Source: Parcubacteria group bacterium GW2011_GWB1_42_6
Lineage (GTDB): Bacteria; Patescibacteriota; Minisyncoccia; Portnoybacterales; GWB1-42-6
Reading direction: 5' to 3'
Assembly: GCA_000997475.1 (NCBI GenBank)
Contig: LCEC01000001.1
Coordinates: 375 to 64,374 of the forward strand
DNA: 64,000 nt
Shown here: positions 20,123 to 30,401 of the stretch, in pieces
How the letters are laid out: every line of letters starts with the position of its first letter
How positions within the stretch are numbered: the first letter of the stretch is position 1
Notes under the pieces: generated by a model
Database searches by the model: none
What the model was told of the DNA's origin: nothing
The model's input: the letters and a program-made list of their open reading frames with translations, nothing else
Translations under genes and position numbers: made by a program

Positions 20123-21907
20123 ATGAAAAGATTAAATCGGAAAAGAAGCAGACTTTGGGTTTTTGGCTTGGCAAGCCTTGTTTTGTGTTTTATTTTTTTA
20201 GGATCGGCTTTGGCTGGCTCGGCGCAGGCGTTTTTTCCCGGAGAAACAAAAGGTTTTAACATTAACTCGGAATATGATTATTTCGGAAGAAATTCAATCA
20301 GCGCGACTTTAAGGCAAGCGGGCGACAAAGCTCTTTTTTACGTGGATGATGAATTGTGGAACAGCGGAGGCAATGATCAAATAAATTCCGCCGTTTTGAA
20401 ATTATTGAGCGAATTTGACGAAATCATTTATCCCCGCGTGACCAAGGTTTTTGGCGCGGAATGGAATCCGGGCATAGACAACGAGGGAAGAATCACCATT
20501 CTTCTTTTTAAAATGAAAGACATCGCCGGCGGTTATTTTAACACAATCGATGAATTTCCAAAAAGCGTTTTTCCTTTGTCAAATGAAAGAGAGATGGTTT
20601 ATCTCAATTCCAATTTCTTGGGCACGGCCAGAATAAACAATTTTCTGGCCCATGAATTTCAGCACCTGATAAATTATTATCAAAAAGAAAAACTTCGCGG
20701 AGTCGTGGAGGATATTTGGCTCAATGAAGCAAGATCGGAATATGCGCCGACTCTTTGCGGCTACGACGAGGCGTTGGCGGGGAGCAATTTGGAAAAAAGA
20801 TCGCGCGAATTTATCCAGAATTCTTCCGATTCTTTAACCGAATGGCGGGAAAAAATCGGCGACTACGGATCGGTTAACCTTTTTATGCAATATCTGATGA
20901 GCCGCTACGGGGAGGTTTTTTTGAAGGAAACCATGAGGTCGGAAAAAACCGGCATTGCCAGCATCAATGACGCCCTGGAAAAGCTTGGGTTCAAAGAAAA
21001 ATTCGAAGATGTTTTTATGAACTGGCTTGTCGCCAATTACGCCAATGACTGCCTGCTGGGAGAACAAAAGATTTTTTGCTATCTTAATTCCAATCTGGCC
21101 GATTTTAAAATTATTCCCAACCTCACGACTTTTCTTCTTCCGGTCAAAAACAAAATTTTTTCTTTTTCCGACAATACCAAGGATTGGTCGGGGCGCTGGT
21201 ACAGGATTTCAGGCGGCGGCGAAAATTTGGATTTAAAGCTGGAATTTAAAAGTCAAACGGGCGAAAATTTCAAGGCGGCGGTTTTGGTTTTGAAATCGGA
21301 CGGAAAAAAAGAAATTCAGTTTTTTTCAACCGATCCGGAAGGAAAATTTTGGAAAATTTTTAAGGGTTTTGGCAGTGAAATTGATTCGATCGTTCTTATC
21401 CCTTTCAGCTACGGAAAAAAAGAAAATTTTACCGCCAATGAATCTTTGAAAAATTTTTCTTATTCCATGGAACTTGGAGAAACCGGTTCTTTGGCCGTTG
21501 CCCCCGTTTTAACGCCTTCTCCGGCCGTTTCTTCCGTTTCCCAAAAAATTCCTTCATATCCGGACGGCTCATTGATTCGGGCCGAGGAAGATTACAAGGT
21601 TTACGTGATCAAAGGAAACTTCAAAAGATGGATCCAGTCTCCCCAAATATTGCTTTCGTATTCGCATTGGGATTGGAACAAGATTATCAAAGTTTCAACG
21701 GCTGATCGTGATTGGTATAAAGACGCCGGCTTGATTCGGGCGGAAAATGATTATAAAGTCTATGAAGCGAACGGAGATATGAGCAAACACTGGCTCAATA
21801 TCAGCACCCGGCAATTCACGGATTCCGGAAGAGATTGGAATATGATATTTGCGGTGAATAAGGCGGAACTGGATCTTTATAAAACGGGAGCGGATGTGAT
21901 GAGATAA
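20123..21907 (+). CDS. Secreted zinc metallopeptidase-like protein with C-terminal duplicated GxLIRA-x-DYKVY module
   Basis: Signal peptide, AHEFQH (HExxH) followed by WLNE. Confidence 0.7.
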   Translation: MKRLNRKRSRLWVFGLASLVLCFIFLGSALAGSAQAFFPGETKGFNINSEYDYFGRNSISATLRQAGDKALFYVDDELWNSGGNDQINSAVLKLLSEFDEIIYPRVTKVFGAEWNPGIDNEGRITILLFKMKDIAGGYFNTIDEFPKSVFPLSNEREMVYLNSNFLGTARINNFLAHEFQHLINYYQKEKLRGVVEDIWLNEARSEYAPTLCGYDEALAGSNLEKRSREFIQNSSDSLTEWREKIGDYGSVNLFMQYLMSRYGEVFLKETMRSEKTGIASINDALEKLGFKEKFEDVFMNWLVANYANDCLLGEQKIFCYLNSNLADFKIIPNLTTFLLPVKNKIFSFSDNTKDWSGRWYRISGGGENLDLKLEFKSQTGENFKAAVLVLKSDGKKEIQFFSTDPEGKFWKIFKGFGSEIDSIVLIPFSYGKKENFTANESLKNFSYSMELGETGSLAVAPVLTPSPAVSSVSQKIPSYPDGSLIRAEEDYKVYVIKGNFKRWIQSPQILLSYSHWDWNKIIKVSTADRDWYKDAGLIRAENDYKVYEANGDMSKHWLNISTRQFTDSGRDWNMIFAVNKAELDLYKTGADVMR

Positions 21908-22113
21908 TTTTCAAATTGCAAATTCTCCTCCTTCGCTCCTTCGGAGCTTCGGAAGGACATGGCAATTTCCAATTAAGGATGAAACTATTTATATAACTCC
22001 CCCAACCCCCTCTTATCTAAGAGGGGGAATCCGCCAAGAGAGTTTTATTCAGAAATTAGGCATTAAGAATTTTATCGTTTTATTGGAAATTATAATTTGT
22101 AATTTGGAAATTA
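21906..22113. repeat. Composite intergenic element: AATTTCCAA/TTGGAAATT short-repeat arms with two nested palindromes (21926-21959, 21993-22028)
   Basis: Visible inverted arms; related copies at 23088-23217 and 60271-60390. Confidence 0.7.
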
Positions 22114-22150
22114 AGAAAAATTTATCAATAAAGCAAATTAATTCATACAG

Positions 22151-23089
22151 ATGTTTTCCGTTGATGATATTCAACAAAACGTTCCCCTCTCTTCCTTCGC
22201 CACCTTCCGCATCGGCGGAGCGGCTAAGTATTTTTTGGTTGTCAAAACAAGAGAAGAATTGATTAAAGCGGTAAAATGGGCGCGTGAAAACGATTTGTCG
22301 TATTTTGTTTTGGGAGGCGGCAGCAATATTTTAATTTCGGAAAAAGGTTTCAGTGGTCTTGTTATAAAAAACGAATCGAACGGTTTAAAAATTGGCGAAA
22401 TGGAAGACGGAAAACTAAAAGTGAAGTGCGATTCGGGAGTTATGACGGCCAAAATAGTTTTTGAGACAACAAAGCTTGGTTACTCCGGAGCCGAATGGGG
22501 ATTCGGAATTCCCGGCACGATCGGCGGGGCGATTTGCGGCAATGCCGGCCGTTTGGGCCGGGAAACATCGCAAATCGTGGAAAGCGTCACAATGCTCGGC
22601 GGCGACTTATCGGAGAAAGAAATCGCCAAAAGCGAATGCGGATTTGAATATCGCTCAAGCCGATTCAAAAAAAATCAAGAAATTGTTTTAGGGGCGGAGC
22701 TGGAGTTTGTCAAAAAATCGAAAGAAGAAATTAATTCGGTTCTCAATGAGGCCAAAGAAATCGTCCGGCAAGGCGCTCCTTTTCCTTCGGCCGGCTGCGC
22801 GTTTAAAAACTATGTTGTGAGGCAAAATGACCCGCTTTTGCTGAATCACCCGGATTTAAATGAAAAAGTCAGGGGCGGAAAAATCGGCGTGGGATTTTTG
22901 ATTGATCAGAGCGGGCTTAAAGGCCGTAAAATAGGCGGAGCGCGAATTTGGGAAGGGCACGCCAATTATATTGTGAACGCGGGCGGCGCAAAATCGGGCG
23001 ATGTTTTGGAACTGATAAAATTGGCCAAAGAAAAAGTTAAAGAAAAATTCGGAATTGAACTTGAAGAAGAAATCAGGGTAATAAAATAA
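22151..23089 (+). CDS. murB: UDP-N-acetylmuramate dehydrogenase
   Basis: TFRIGG, LGGGSN, GIPGTIGGA, YRSS, SAGCAFKN, HANYIVN. Confidence 0.95.
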   Translation: MFSVDDIQQNVPLSSFATFRIGGAAKYFLVVKTREELIKAVKWARENDLSYFVLGGGSNILISEKGFSGLVIKNESNGLKIGEMEDGKLKVKCDSGVMTAKIVFETTKLGYSGAEWGFGIPGTIGGAICGNAGRLGRETSQIVESVTMLGGDLSEKEIAKSECGFEYRSSRFKKNQEIVLGAELEFVKKSKEEINSVLNEAKEIVRQGAPFPSAGCAFKNYVVRQNDPLLLNHPDLNEKVRGGKIGVGFLIDQSGLKGRKIGGARIWEGHANYIVNAGGAKSGDVLELIKLAKEKVKEKFGIELEEEIRVIK

Positions 23090-23217
23090 TTTCCAAATTA
23101 CAATTTCCAATTTCCAAACGATTCCGAATTTTGAGCTTAAGATCAGAATTCGGAAATATTGGAAATTTAAGAATTAGGCATTTCATTAGAAATTGGGATT
23201 TGTAATTTGGAAATTTT
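23088..23217. repeat. AATTTCCAA/TTGGAAATT inverted short-repeat element with internal palindrome
   Basis: aatttccaaattacaatttccaatttcc ... ttgtaatttggaaatt. Confidence 0.7.
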
Positions 23218-23343
23218 CTATTGCATTCTTTTCCAAAAAGCTTATTATGAAAATATAAGCTTTTTTAATTGTTAAAAAATTTTATTTACATTTGAAAAAA
23301 TAAAATATATAATTAAAAAAGATTTTTTAAACTATAAAAAATC

Positions 23344-23760
23344 ATGAAAATAAATTTCAAAGCGAAGGATTTGGAATTGAACGAAGAGATAAAAAATCTC
23401 GTTGAAAAAAAGCTGGAGACTTTGCGAAGATTTTTTCAAGCGAGCGATCCGGAAGCCGTGCTTGCCGAAGTTGAACTTTCGCGGACCACTCTTCATCATC
23501 AAAACGCTCAAGATCTTTTTCGGGCGGAAATAAATCTAACCATCGCCGGAAAAATGTTTCGGGCGGAATCGGAGCAATCCGATCTCCGCACGGCGCTTGA
23601 AGAAACCCGCGATGATTTGGAAAGAGAGATAAATAAATTTAAAACCAAAAGGGAGACTGTTTTTATTCGAGGCGCGCGCAGCATAAAAAAGGCTTTGAGC
23701 CTTTCGCCCTTAGCGCGTTTCAATAGAAAGTCGCAAAATAAAGAAGATGGTACCGAATAA
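23344..23760 (+). CDS. hpf: Ribosome hibernation factor (HPF/RaiA family)
   Basis: [12 protein letters not shown]..., FRAEINL, FRAESE..DL..AL pattern. Confidence 0.85.
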   Translation: MKINFKAKDLELNEEIKNLVEKKLETLRRFFQASDPEAVLAEVELSRTTLHHQNAQDLFRAEINLTIAGKMFRAESEQSDLRTALEETRDDLEREINKFKTKRETVFIRGARSIKKALSLSPLARFNRKSQNKEDGTE

Positions 23761-24304
23761 AGTGTTTTTCACCAAAGGAGTCGGCGTTCATAAGGAATAC
23801 TTGATGTCTTTTGAGTTGGCGCTCCGCGACGCGGGAATCGCTCCGTTTAATTTGGTGACGGTTTCAAGCATTTACCCTCCGGGTTGCAAAAGAATCAGCC
23901 GCGAAGAAGGATTAAAAATCATAAAACCCGGGCAAATTCTTTTTGTCGTGATGAGCCGCAATGCCACCAATGAACCAAACAGACTTATGGCTTCATCCGT
24001 TGGTTGCGCCATTCCGGCGGATGCCGATCAATATGGTTATCTTTCCGAGCATCATTCTTTTGGAGAAAATGATCAGAAAGCCGGAGATTACGCCGAGGAT
24101 TTGGCGGCTTCAATGCTAGCTTCAATCCTTGGCATCGAATTTAATTCGGATTCAGCTTGGGACGAAAGGGAACAGCTTTACAAAATGGGCGGCAAAATCG
24201 TCAAAACCACCAATGTCACGCAGTCGGCTTTGGGCAATAAAGACGGATTTTGGACAACGGTTTTGGCGGCGGCGGTTTTAGTGATGCCCGAAGACGAAAA
24301 GTGA
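23747..24304 (+). CDS. pdaD: Pyruvoyl-dependent arginine decarboxylase
   Basis: [19 protein letters not shown] (self-cleavage SS), [15 protein letters not shown]. Confidence 0.9.
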   Translation: MVPNKVFFTKGVGVHKEYLMSFELALRDAGIAPFNLVTVSSIYPPGCKRISREEGLKIIKPGQILFVVMSRNATNEPNRLMASSVGCAIPADADQYGYLSEHHSFGENDQKAGDYAEDLAASMLASILGIEFNSDSAWDEREQLYKMGGKIVKTTNVTQSALGNKDGFWTTVLAAAVLVMPEDEK

Positions 24305-24309
24305 GTGTC

Positions 24310-24392
24310 ACCCTACGGAATTACGGATTGGTACGGATATTACGGATTTGATTTATCTGTATAATCCGTATATATCTGTAATTCAGTAGGGT
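24310..24392. repeat. TACGGA-repeat palindromic element, copy 1
   Basis: First 39 nt match 53313-53351 with one mismatch; inverted TCCGTA-type arm. Confidence 0.8.
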
Positions 24393-24470
24393 TATGAAAC
24401 CTCGCCATAATTAACAAGAGTTAATTAACTCAAGAAAACCCGGCGGAGGGCCGTGATTTTCTTTTGGTTT

Positions 24471-25694
24471 ATGAAGCATTTAACTAAAAGATTGGTTGGG
24501 CCCCGCGTTCTCAACGAACCGATTACCGGCTCGGAAACAACGGCGGAGCTGTTTGAAAAGGCGTTTGGCGCTTATGTCGGGCGCGAAGTAAAAACCGCCT
24601 ACAATATAATCAAGCGTATGGTTGAAAAAGATCACACGGTTGTTTTGGCGATTTCAGGAGCGATGACGCCGGCTGATTTTGTCGTGCCCTGCGTGATTCC
24701 CTTGATTAAATCGGGAATCGTGGATGTCATAACCACTACCGGCGCCAATATCTATCATGATGTGCAGCGTCTTGAAAGCGACGATTGGTTTCAGGTCAAT
24801 CCTAATGAAGGCGATTTGAAATTGCGCAAAGCGGGTTGGACGAGAATTTATGACACCGCTTTTCCCGAAGACGATCTTTGGGCGACGGATAATCTGATTA
24901 TTGATCTTGTCCGCCGGTCGGATTTCGCCCATCAGATGACAACCACGCAATTTCATTATCTTTTAGGCGAGCATCTTTCCAAGCACGGACGGAGAAGATT
25001 CGCCACGGCCGATTTAAACCGCAGCTTGCTGGTTCAAGCTTATCGGCATAAAATTCCGATATTTTGCGGCGCGCCACAAGACGGTTCAATATTTTTGAAT
25101 TTGGCTTTTCTCAAAAGAAAGCTTGGCCCCAAATACAAATTCGGCATTGATATGGAACTTGATATCCATGAATTCGGCGCTTTCCACTATTTCGCCAAAA
25201 ATAAGAGATCAAAAAAATTATCGGTGATAATTTTGGGCGGCGGAGTGCCTAAAAATTATTCTTTGCAGCCCGAGCCGTATTTGACGCAAATTTGCGGAAT
25301 TGACGCGGGTGGCTACGATATGGATGTTCAAATCTCCGACGCTCACGTTCAAAACGGCGGGCTTTCTTCCTGCACGGCCTCCGAAGCTCACACTTGGGGA
25401 AAGACTTCGGAGGCGTGTTTAAAAAATTCCCAATATGTTTTTGCCGATGTCACTTCCACTTTTCCTTTTATCGTTCACGCTTTGATGCAGGAAGAATTGG
25501 AGAAGGAACCTCGCAGACTGATGGAGCATCGCGATGAAGCGATTGAACTTTTGGACAAGGTTCTCAAAAGAAAAACCTTAAGGGAATACTATCTCAAAGG
25601 AAAAGTTAAAAAAGGCGAACTGCATCCGGAAGCTCATTTTGGATCAAACCACGCCGGCCATGTTGAAAAAACGGCCGACAATCCGGAGGCGTAA
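24471..25694 (+). CDS. Deoxyhypusine synthase-like protein (SpeY/homospermidine synthase-like)
   Basis: SGAMTP, TTTGAN, DGSI, LGGGVPKN, GGLSSC, EAHTWGK (catalytic Lys). Confidence 0.88.
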   Translation: MKHLTKRLVGPRVLNEPITGSETTAELFEKAFGAYVGREVKTAYNIIKRMVEKDHTVVLAISGAMTPADFVVPCVIPLIKSGIVDVITTTGANIYHDVQRLESDDWFQVNPNEGDLKLRKAGWTRIYDTAFPEDDLWATDNLIIDLVRRSDFAHQMTTTQFHYLLGEHLSKHGRRRFATADLNRSLLVQAYRHKIPIFCGAPQDGSIFLNLAFLKRKLGPKYKFGIDMELDIHEFGAFHYFAKNKRSKKLSVIILGGGVPKNYSLQPEPYLTQICGIDAGGYDMDVQISDAHVQNGGLSSCTASEAHTWGKTSEACLKNSQYVFADVTSTFPFIVHALMQEELEKEPRRLMEHRDEAIELLDKVLKRKTLREYYLKGKVKKGELHPEAHFGSNHAGHVEKTADNPEA

Positions 25695-25818
25695 ATTATC
25701 GCGGATCTGACGCGGATCTTTGGACTGTGCCGCGGATAAACGCGGATTTTCAACCGCTCGGCGCCGTTGACGGATTTCTATTCGTAATTGGTTTTAAATT
25801 CGTAATTAGTGAGGATTC

Positions 25819-26763
25819 ATGAATTTTCTCGACATCAATCAATCTTACAAAAACGCGAAATTCGTTGTCGCGCCTTTTGGCTTTGAAGCCACCACGAGTT
25901 ATGGCGGAGGAACGAATAAAGGCCCGGCGGCAATAATCAAAGCCAGCGCCCAGGTTGAGCTTTTCGACGAAGAACTCTGGCGGGAAATCTACAAAAAGAC
26001 AGGCATTTTCACTTTGCCCGCAATAAAACCCGCCAAAAATATTCCCGGCGCCAAGAAACAGATTTCAAAAATAATCTCAAAAATTCTTGCGGATAAAAAA
26101 ATCCCGATTGTTTTGGGCGGCGAACATAGCATCACGCCTATGATAGTTGAAACATTTTCGGATTTCCTCCTCCCCTCGTCGAGGGGAGGCCATGGAGGGG
26201 TAATTAATCCTAAAATTACCTCCCCCGAACCCCTCCCTAAAAAGGAGGGAAGGAATTCCGCCGCTTCTTTCTCCATCCTCCAATTTGACGCCCACGCCGA
26301 TTTGCGCGATGGCTACTTGGGGCAAAAATATTCCCACGCGGCCGCCATGCGCCGATGTTTGGATAATGAGGGTGTTAATTTAGTCCAAGTCGGGATCAGG
26401 AACATCAGCAACGAAAATGATGAGTTGGTTTTTTGGGAAGCAAACAAAGATCGCATTAAAACTTTCTGGGCCAAAGATAAAAAAAATTGGAAGCTTTCCG
26501 AAATTATGGGTTCTCTTAGGGAAAATGTTTATTTAACCTTTGATGTTGACGCTTTTGATTCTTCGATTATGCCTTCAACCGGCACGCCCGAACCCGGAGG
26601 ATTGGATTGGTACGAAGTGATGGATATTTTGCGCGAAGTCGCCAAAACCAAAAACATCATCGGCATGGATTTTGTGGAGCTCGCTCCCATTAAAACCCTT
26701 CCCGCGCCGGATTTTTTGGTCGCCAAGATGATTTATAAGACGATAGGGTATATTTTAAAATAA
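25819..26763 (+). CDS. speB: Agmatinase with an in-frame palindromic insertion
   Basis: GGEHS, DAHAD, DVDAFD, TGTPEPGG, VELAP. Confidence 0.92.
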   Translation: MNFLDINQSYKNAKFVVAPFGFEATTSYGGGTNKGPAAIIKASAQVELFDEELWREIYKKTGIFTLPAIKPAKNIPGAKKQISKIISKILADKKIPIVLGGEHSITPMIVETFSDFLLPSSRGGHGGVINPKITSPEPLPKKEGRNSAASFSILQFDAHADLRDGYLGQKYSHAAAMRRCLDNEGVNLVQVGIRNISNENDELVFWEANKDRIKTFWAKDKKNWKLSEIMGSLRENVYLTFDVDAFDSSIMPSTGTPEPGGLDWYEVMDILREVAKTKNIIGMDFVELAPIKTLPAPDFLVAKMIYKTIGYILK

Positions 26764-26820
26764 TTCATCGGATAGTAAAGAGACCTTAAAACGGTCTTTT
26801 TTTATTTCAGATCCTTAATA

Positions 26821-26849
26821 TTGACAAAACATGTATAATATGATAAAAT
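26821..26849 (+). promoter_or_regulatory. sigma70 promoter of the flavoprotein gene
   Basis: TTGACA-17-TAAAAT with TG extension. Confidence 0.7.
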
Positions 26850-26925
26850 GTAATAATAAGGGATATCAAACCAAAGGCAAAAGGATAGTTCTTATTCATA
26901 TCAAAAACCAGTAAGGGAGGTTATT

Positions 26926-27708
26926 ATGAAGCCGTTTTGGTTCAATTTGACGCGCAAGGTGTTGAAGTGGGCAATGGGAACGGATCGGATTGAAGTCTCT
27001 CTCAGGCCGGCTGAAAAATTCCAAGGTTCTGTAAAAATTCTCGGCATATCGGGAAGTCCGCGCGGCAGAAAGAGCCGGAGCTATAAAATGATGGCGAAGG
27101 TTCTGGAACATGCCCGGGTATTCGGCGCCCAAACGCAGGAGATCATTCTCTGTGAAAAGACGATGAAACCTTGTGAGGGGTGTCTCTCTGATCCGGACAA
27201 GGAATGCACATTTCCGTGTATTCATTGCGAGGACGATACGAACGAAATTCTCCAAATGATGATCGATGCGGACGCATTTGTTTTTGCCACACCGATTCAC
27301 TGGGCGGCGCCTTCGGCCATCATGAAAATCCTCATTGATAAGATGATCTCCCTCGAGGAGAATCATTATGAGATCGCAATGAGTGATGGTCGCGAGCCAC
27401 TGCTTGGCAAACCATGCGCCTTGATCGCTTCGCAAGAAGGAGACGGCGCAACCGGCGCGCTCGGTTGGATGGCGGCGGAACTACGGGAAATGGGAGTTTG
27501 GACTATTCCCTGGGGCCAGACTTTCAAACCCGCCCTTCTGGAAAAGAAAATCGTGAAGCTCGGAATGTTTGCCCTGGGGGAACGCAAGTTCGAGTGGATC
27601 GAAAATAACCTGGCGGCGGCGGGAAGAAACCTTGCTTTGGTCACCAGACTCCTTAAAGAAAGCGGTTATAAGTGGGACGATTACGATGTAATCGAACCCA
27701 ATTGTTAA
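26926..27708 (+). CDS. Iron-sulfur flavoprotein / NADPH-dependent FMN reductase family
   Basis: GISGSPR, CEGC...C...C, ATPIHW; GGGAGG RBS. Confidence 0.85.
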   Translation: MKPFWFNLTRKVLKWAMGTDRIEVSLRPAEKFQGSVKILGISGSPRGRKSRSYKMMAKVLEHARVFGAQTQEIILCEKTMKPCEGCLSDPDKECTFPCIHCEDDTNEILQMMIDADAFVFATPIHWAAPSAIMKILIDKMISLEENHYEIAMSDGREPLLGKPCALIASQEGDGATGALGWMAAELREMGVWTIPWGQTFKPALLEKKIVKLGMFALGERKFEWIENNLAAAGRNLALVTRLLKESGYKWDDYDVIEPNC

Positions 27709-27824
27709 AGAATAAAAGGCTGTGAAATTCACAGCCTTTTTAAATTGCGCAAAAATGGATTGTTGATGTATAATATAAATGTCGCTCTATTTATAAAGCG
27801 AAAATAAACTTTAAATAAAAAAAT

Positions 27825-28760
27825 ATGATGAATCCAGAATCAAATTTAGGCATTCCCGAGAATGTCCAAGCCGGGCAGAATTTAGAAAAACGCGAGGAAG
27901 AAAATGAATACAATCCCCTGGAGATATTAAGAGAAAGAGAATTTTATCCCGGAGTAATCGAGGTTGAGGAAGGCAAGGAAATCATTACAGACGAGGATTA
28001 TAAAGCTTGCTTTGAATTTTTGAGGGAAAATATCAAAGACGGCAGTCTTTTGAACTTGAATTTTGGATCCGGCATCACTCATTGCCATTATATGCTTCCG
28101 CTGATTGACAGACTTTCTCATGTCACGGCTTTGGATATCAGCGCCAAAAACAATCAACTTATCGGAGAACTGCTCAATTCTATCCAAGACAAAGGAAATC
28201 CTGAAATAATCGAAGAGGAAGACAAGAAGATGTTGAGGGATCTGGCTCAAGCCGTTTCCAAAGATGAAGATTTTGGAATAAAAGAGAGTGGCGAAGAACT
28301 GCTGGCCATGCTTCACGAAAAAAGCCAGCACGAAGGAAAATCCGACATTATTACCGCCGATATGATTGAAGATATGGAGAAACTGGGTTCAGGAGAGCTG
28401 GTTGGCGATAGAAAATTTGATAATATATATCTTTCGTTTTCTATTTACGCTCGAACCAGAGAAGAACTGGTTGGATTCTTGAAGAACGCGAAAGAAAGAT
28501 TAAACGAAGGCGGAAATCTTTTGATAATAGATTGCGAAAATTATACTAATGAGAGCGGGGAAGAGAAAGAGCTCTTCTCGGAGGATAAGGTCATAGAAGA
28601 AAAATATGGCGAAGTTTTTGATTGGACTTTGGATGAAATGAAAGAGATTCTAAATGAAGTTGGATTCAGCAGCGTTAATTCGCAAATTCGCGAGATAGAA
28701 GCCAAAGAAGATGAAGCGGAAGAATTTGGAACCTATCTTTTCATCAAAGCGCAAAAATAA
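27825..28760 (+). CDS. Acidic class I SAM methyltransferase-like protein
   Basis: Degenerate motif I LNLNFGSG, ALDIS, FDNIYL, LNEGG. Confidence 0.6.
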   Translation: MMNPESNLGIPENVQAGQNLEKREEENEYNPLEILREREFYPGVIEVEEGKEIITDEDYKACFEFLRENIKDGSLLNLNFGSGITHCHYMLPLIDRLSHVTALDISAKNNQLIGELLNSIQDKGNPEIIEEEDKKMLRDLAQAVSKDEDFGIKESGEELLAMLHEKSQHEGKSDIITADMIEDMEKLGSGELVGDRKFDNIYLSFSIYARTREELVGFLKNAKERLNEGGNLLIIDCENYTNESGEEKELFSEDKVIEEKYGEVFDWTLDEMKEILNEVGFSSVNSQIREIEAKEDEAEEFGTYLFIKAQK

Positions 28761-28831
28761 ATTATATTTTAAATAAATAAAAAAGAACCGCAATTTTTTG
28801 CGGTTCTTTGGGGTTTGTATCGCTGCGGGTT

Positions 28832-29215
28832 TTATTCTTCCGGCTGGAAGAACTTATCCCAGAGGAGGTTATCGGAGAAGTGAGTCATGAATTCCGTCAT
28901 GGCCGTTTTGTTTTCGGCGAACGAATCGGGGATAAGGGAGATGACTTCTTCGATTGTCGGCTCTCCCTCAAATTTGATGACCGTATTTTTCTCCTGGCCG
29001 TCGTCTTTGAACATAACTTCCATTGAGACATAACGACCTTTCCAGGTGGAGATGTTGGTGTAGATCCCGAAAGCTTTTTTGCCATCATCCATGAGGATAT
29101 ACCGGAAGTAATTCCTGGAACGATGGCTTCGGCTGTGGCTGGCGAATCCTTCGGGCTTCCTTGCCATCATCCTGTCGATGATGGCCATTTCCAAGCCTTC
29201 CCTTAGCTTTTTCAT
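28832..29215 (-). CDS. Hypothetical protein (cassette 1; paralog of 29353..29808)
   Basis: Own promoter, AGGGAG RBS, terminator at 28779-28808; PEGFA motif shared with neighbour. Confidence 0.75.
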   Translation of the reverse strand: MKKLREGLEMAIIDRMMARKPEGFASHSRSHRSRNYFRYILMDDGKKAFGIYTNISTWKGRYVSMEVMFKDDGQEKNTVIKFEGEPTIEEVISLIPDSFAENKTAMTEFMTHFSDNLLWDKFFQPEE

Positions 29216-29352
29216 TGAATGCTCCCTTGGATGAGTTTTATTTAGATGCAAAAGGTACTATCTGATTGATATTGGAATATATCATATCTGGTCTATCTTG
29301 TCAAGATGTAATAAAAAAGCCGCGTTTTTTTGCGCGGCTTTGGCGGACGGTT

Positions 29353-29808
29353 TTAATAACCGGAGCAGGCTGTTTTTGCTGAAGGTTTGGAAATGAAATC
29401 CTTCGCTATTCTCATTCCCGCTTCGGAAAGGAAATCCTCCGGAATCGTTTTGAGAATATCATCGCAAGAAGGGCTGTTTTCTCCCGCGGCTGATATTTTG
29501 GCTCCGAACTTTTTTTCTCCTTGCCGGATAAAAAAAATCACGGAGACTTTTCTTCTTCTCGAATTGGAAATTCGCGAAAAAACGGCCAGAACCGTTTCTC
29601 CTCTTTTTTCGAAAAATCTTTCCATCAGAAAATAGCTTTTTTCCGGCCTATTCTTCAAAAAGTTGGCGAATCCCTCGGGATAGTTATAGATCATCGCCTC
29701 TATCTCGGCGATTTCTCCGGAAGAAGCTTTTTCCGTTTTGATTGCGCCCGGGCCCTGCTCTGTTTCGGGAGGTTTGGAAAGAACTTTTTTTAGCGTTCCA
29801 ATCATCAT
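29353..29808 (-). CDS. Hypothetical protein (cassette 2)
   Basis: TTGATC-17-TATAAT promoter, AAGGAG RBS, terminator at 29313-29341. Confidence 0.75.
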   Translation of the reverse strand: MMIGTLKKVLSKPPETEQGPGAIKTEKASSGEIAEIEAMIYNYPEGFANFLKNRPEKSYFLMERFFEKRGETVLAVFSRISNSRRRKVSVIFFIRQGEKKFGAKISAAGENSPSCDDILKTIPEDFLSEAGMRIAKDFISKPSAKTACSGY

Positions 29809-29919
29809 TTGCTCCTTTTTGGATTGGTTTATTAAATTATATGTGATTTTCTTTTTTGGATCAATCGGGGAAATTAAAAAAGCCCGCGGTATTTCTGCGG
29901 GCTTTGGGATTAATAGGGA

Positions 29920-30401
29920 CTACGCCGGCCATTTGGTGACGGACCAATGTTTTCCCTCGAAAAGCTGGTGGCTGAATTCTTCGAAAACAGTGGCCCGGAA
30001 AAAGAGAAGATCTTCAGGTAGGAAGCCGATGATCCGAGCGAACATCCCGAAGGCGATGATGTTCTTGAGGCGCTGGTTGAACTTATGTTCTTCCAGCAGA
30101 CTCTTCGGTATAAAGGAGAAGAGCCAATCGATATCCGCTTGGCTGGAAATACCAATGGGGTATCCTTGTGCTTTCTTGTTGTCAAGACGATATAGAATCT
30201 GGCCGTTTCTGTCTTTGAGCTTTTTATAAACTTCCAGTTCCTCGGCCGGAATGCCGACATATGGAGCGAGCTTGTCGAGCTCGACCAGATTTCTTATCCG
30301 AGCGGCGATGGTCGTATTCATTCGCTTGGCCTTGCCCCGGGCGCATTCTTTGAGTTTCTCCTTCGGATTTCAACAAATCTTTCAGCTGTCATATTATCCA
30401 T
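29920..30401 (-). pseudogene. Hypothetical protein (cassette 3), frameshifted near 30365; possible N-terminal ribbon-helix-helix
   Basis: RBS-preceded ATG at 30401 is out of frame with the 29920..30321 ORF, which stays open upstream to about 30366. Confidence 0.55.

Noticed and set aside
24310-24392. CRISPR array in the short intergenic repeats (also 53313, 51957, 54045)
   Set aside because: Units are 6-10 nt arranged as inverted arms, with no unique spacers and no cas genes.
26166-26252. Inteins or introns as the source of the protein insertions
   Set aside because: Inserts are only about 30-90 nt, lack intein C/S...HN termini and group I/II features, and match intergenic palindromes.
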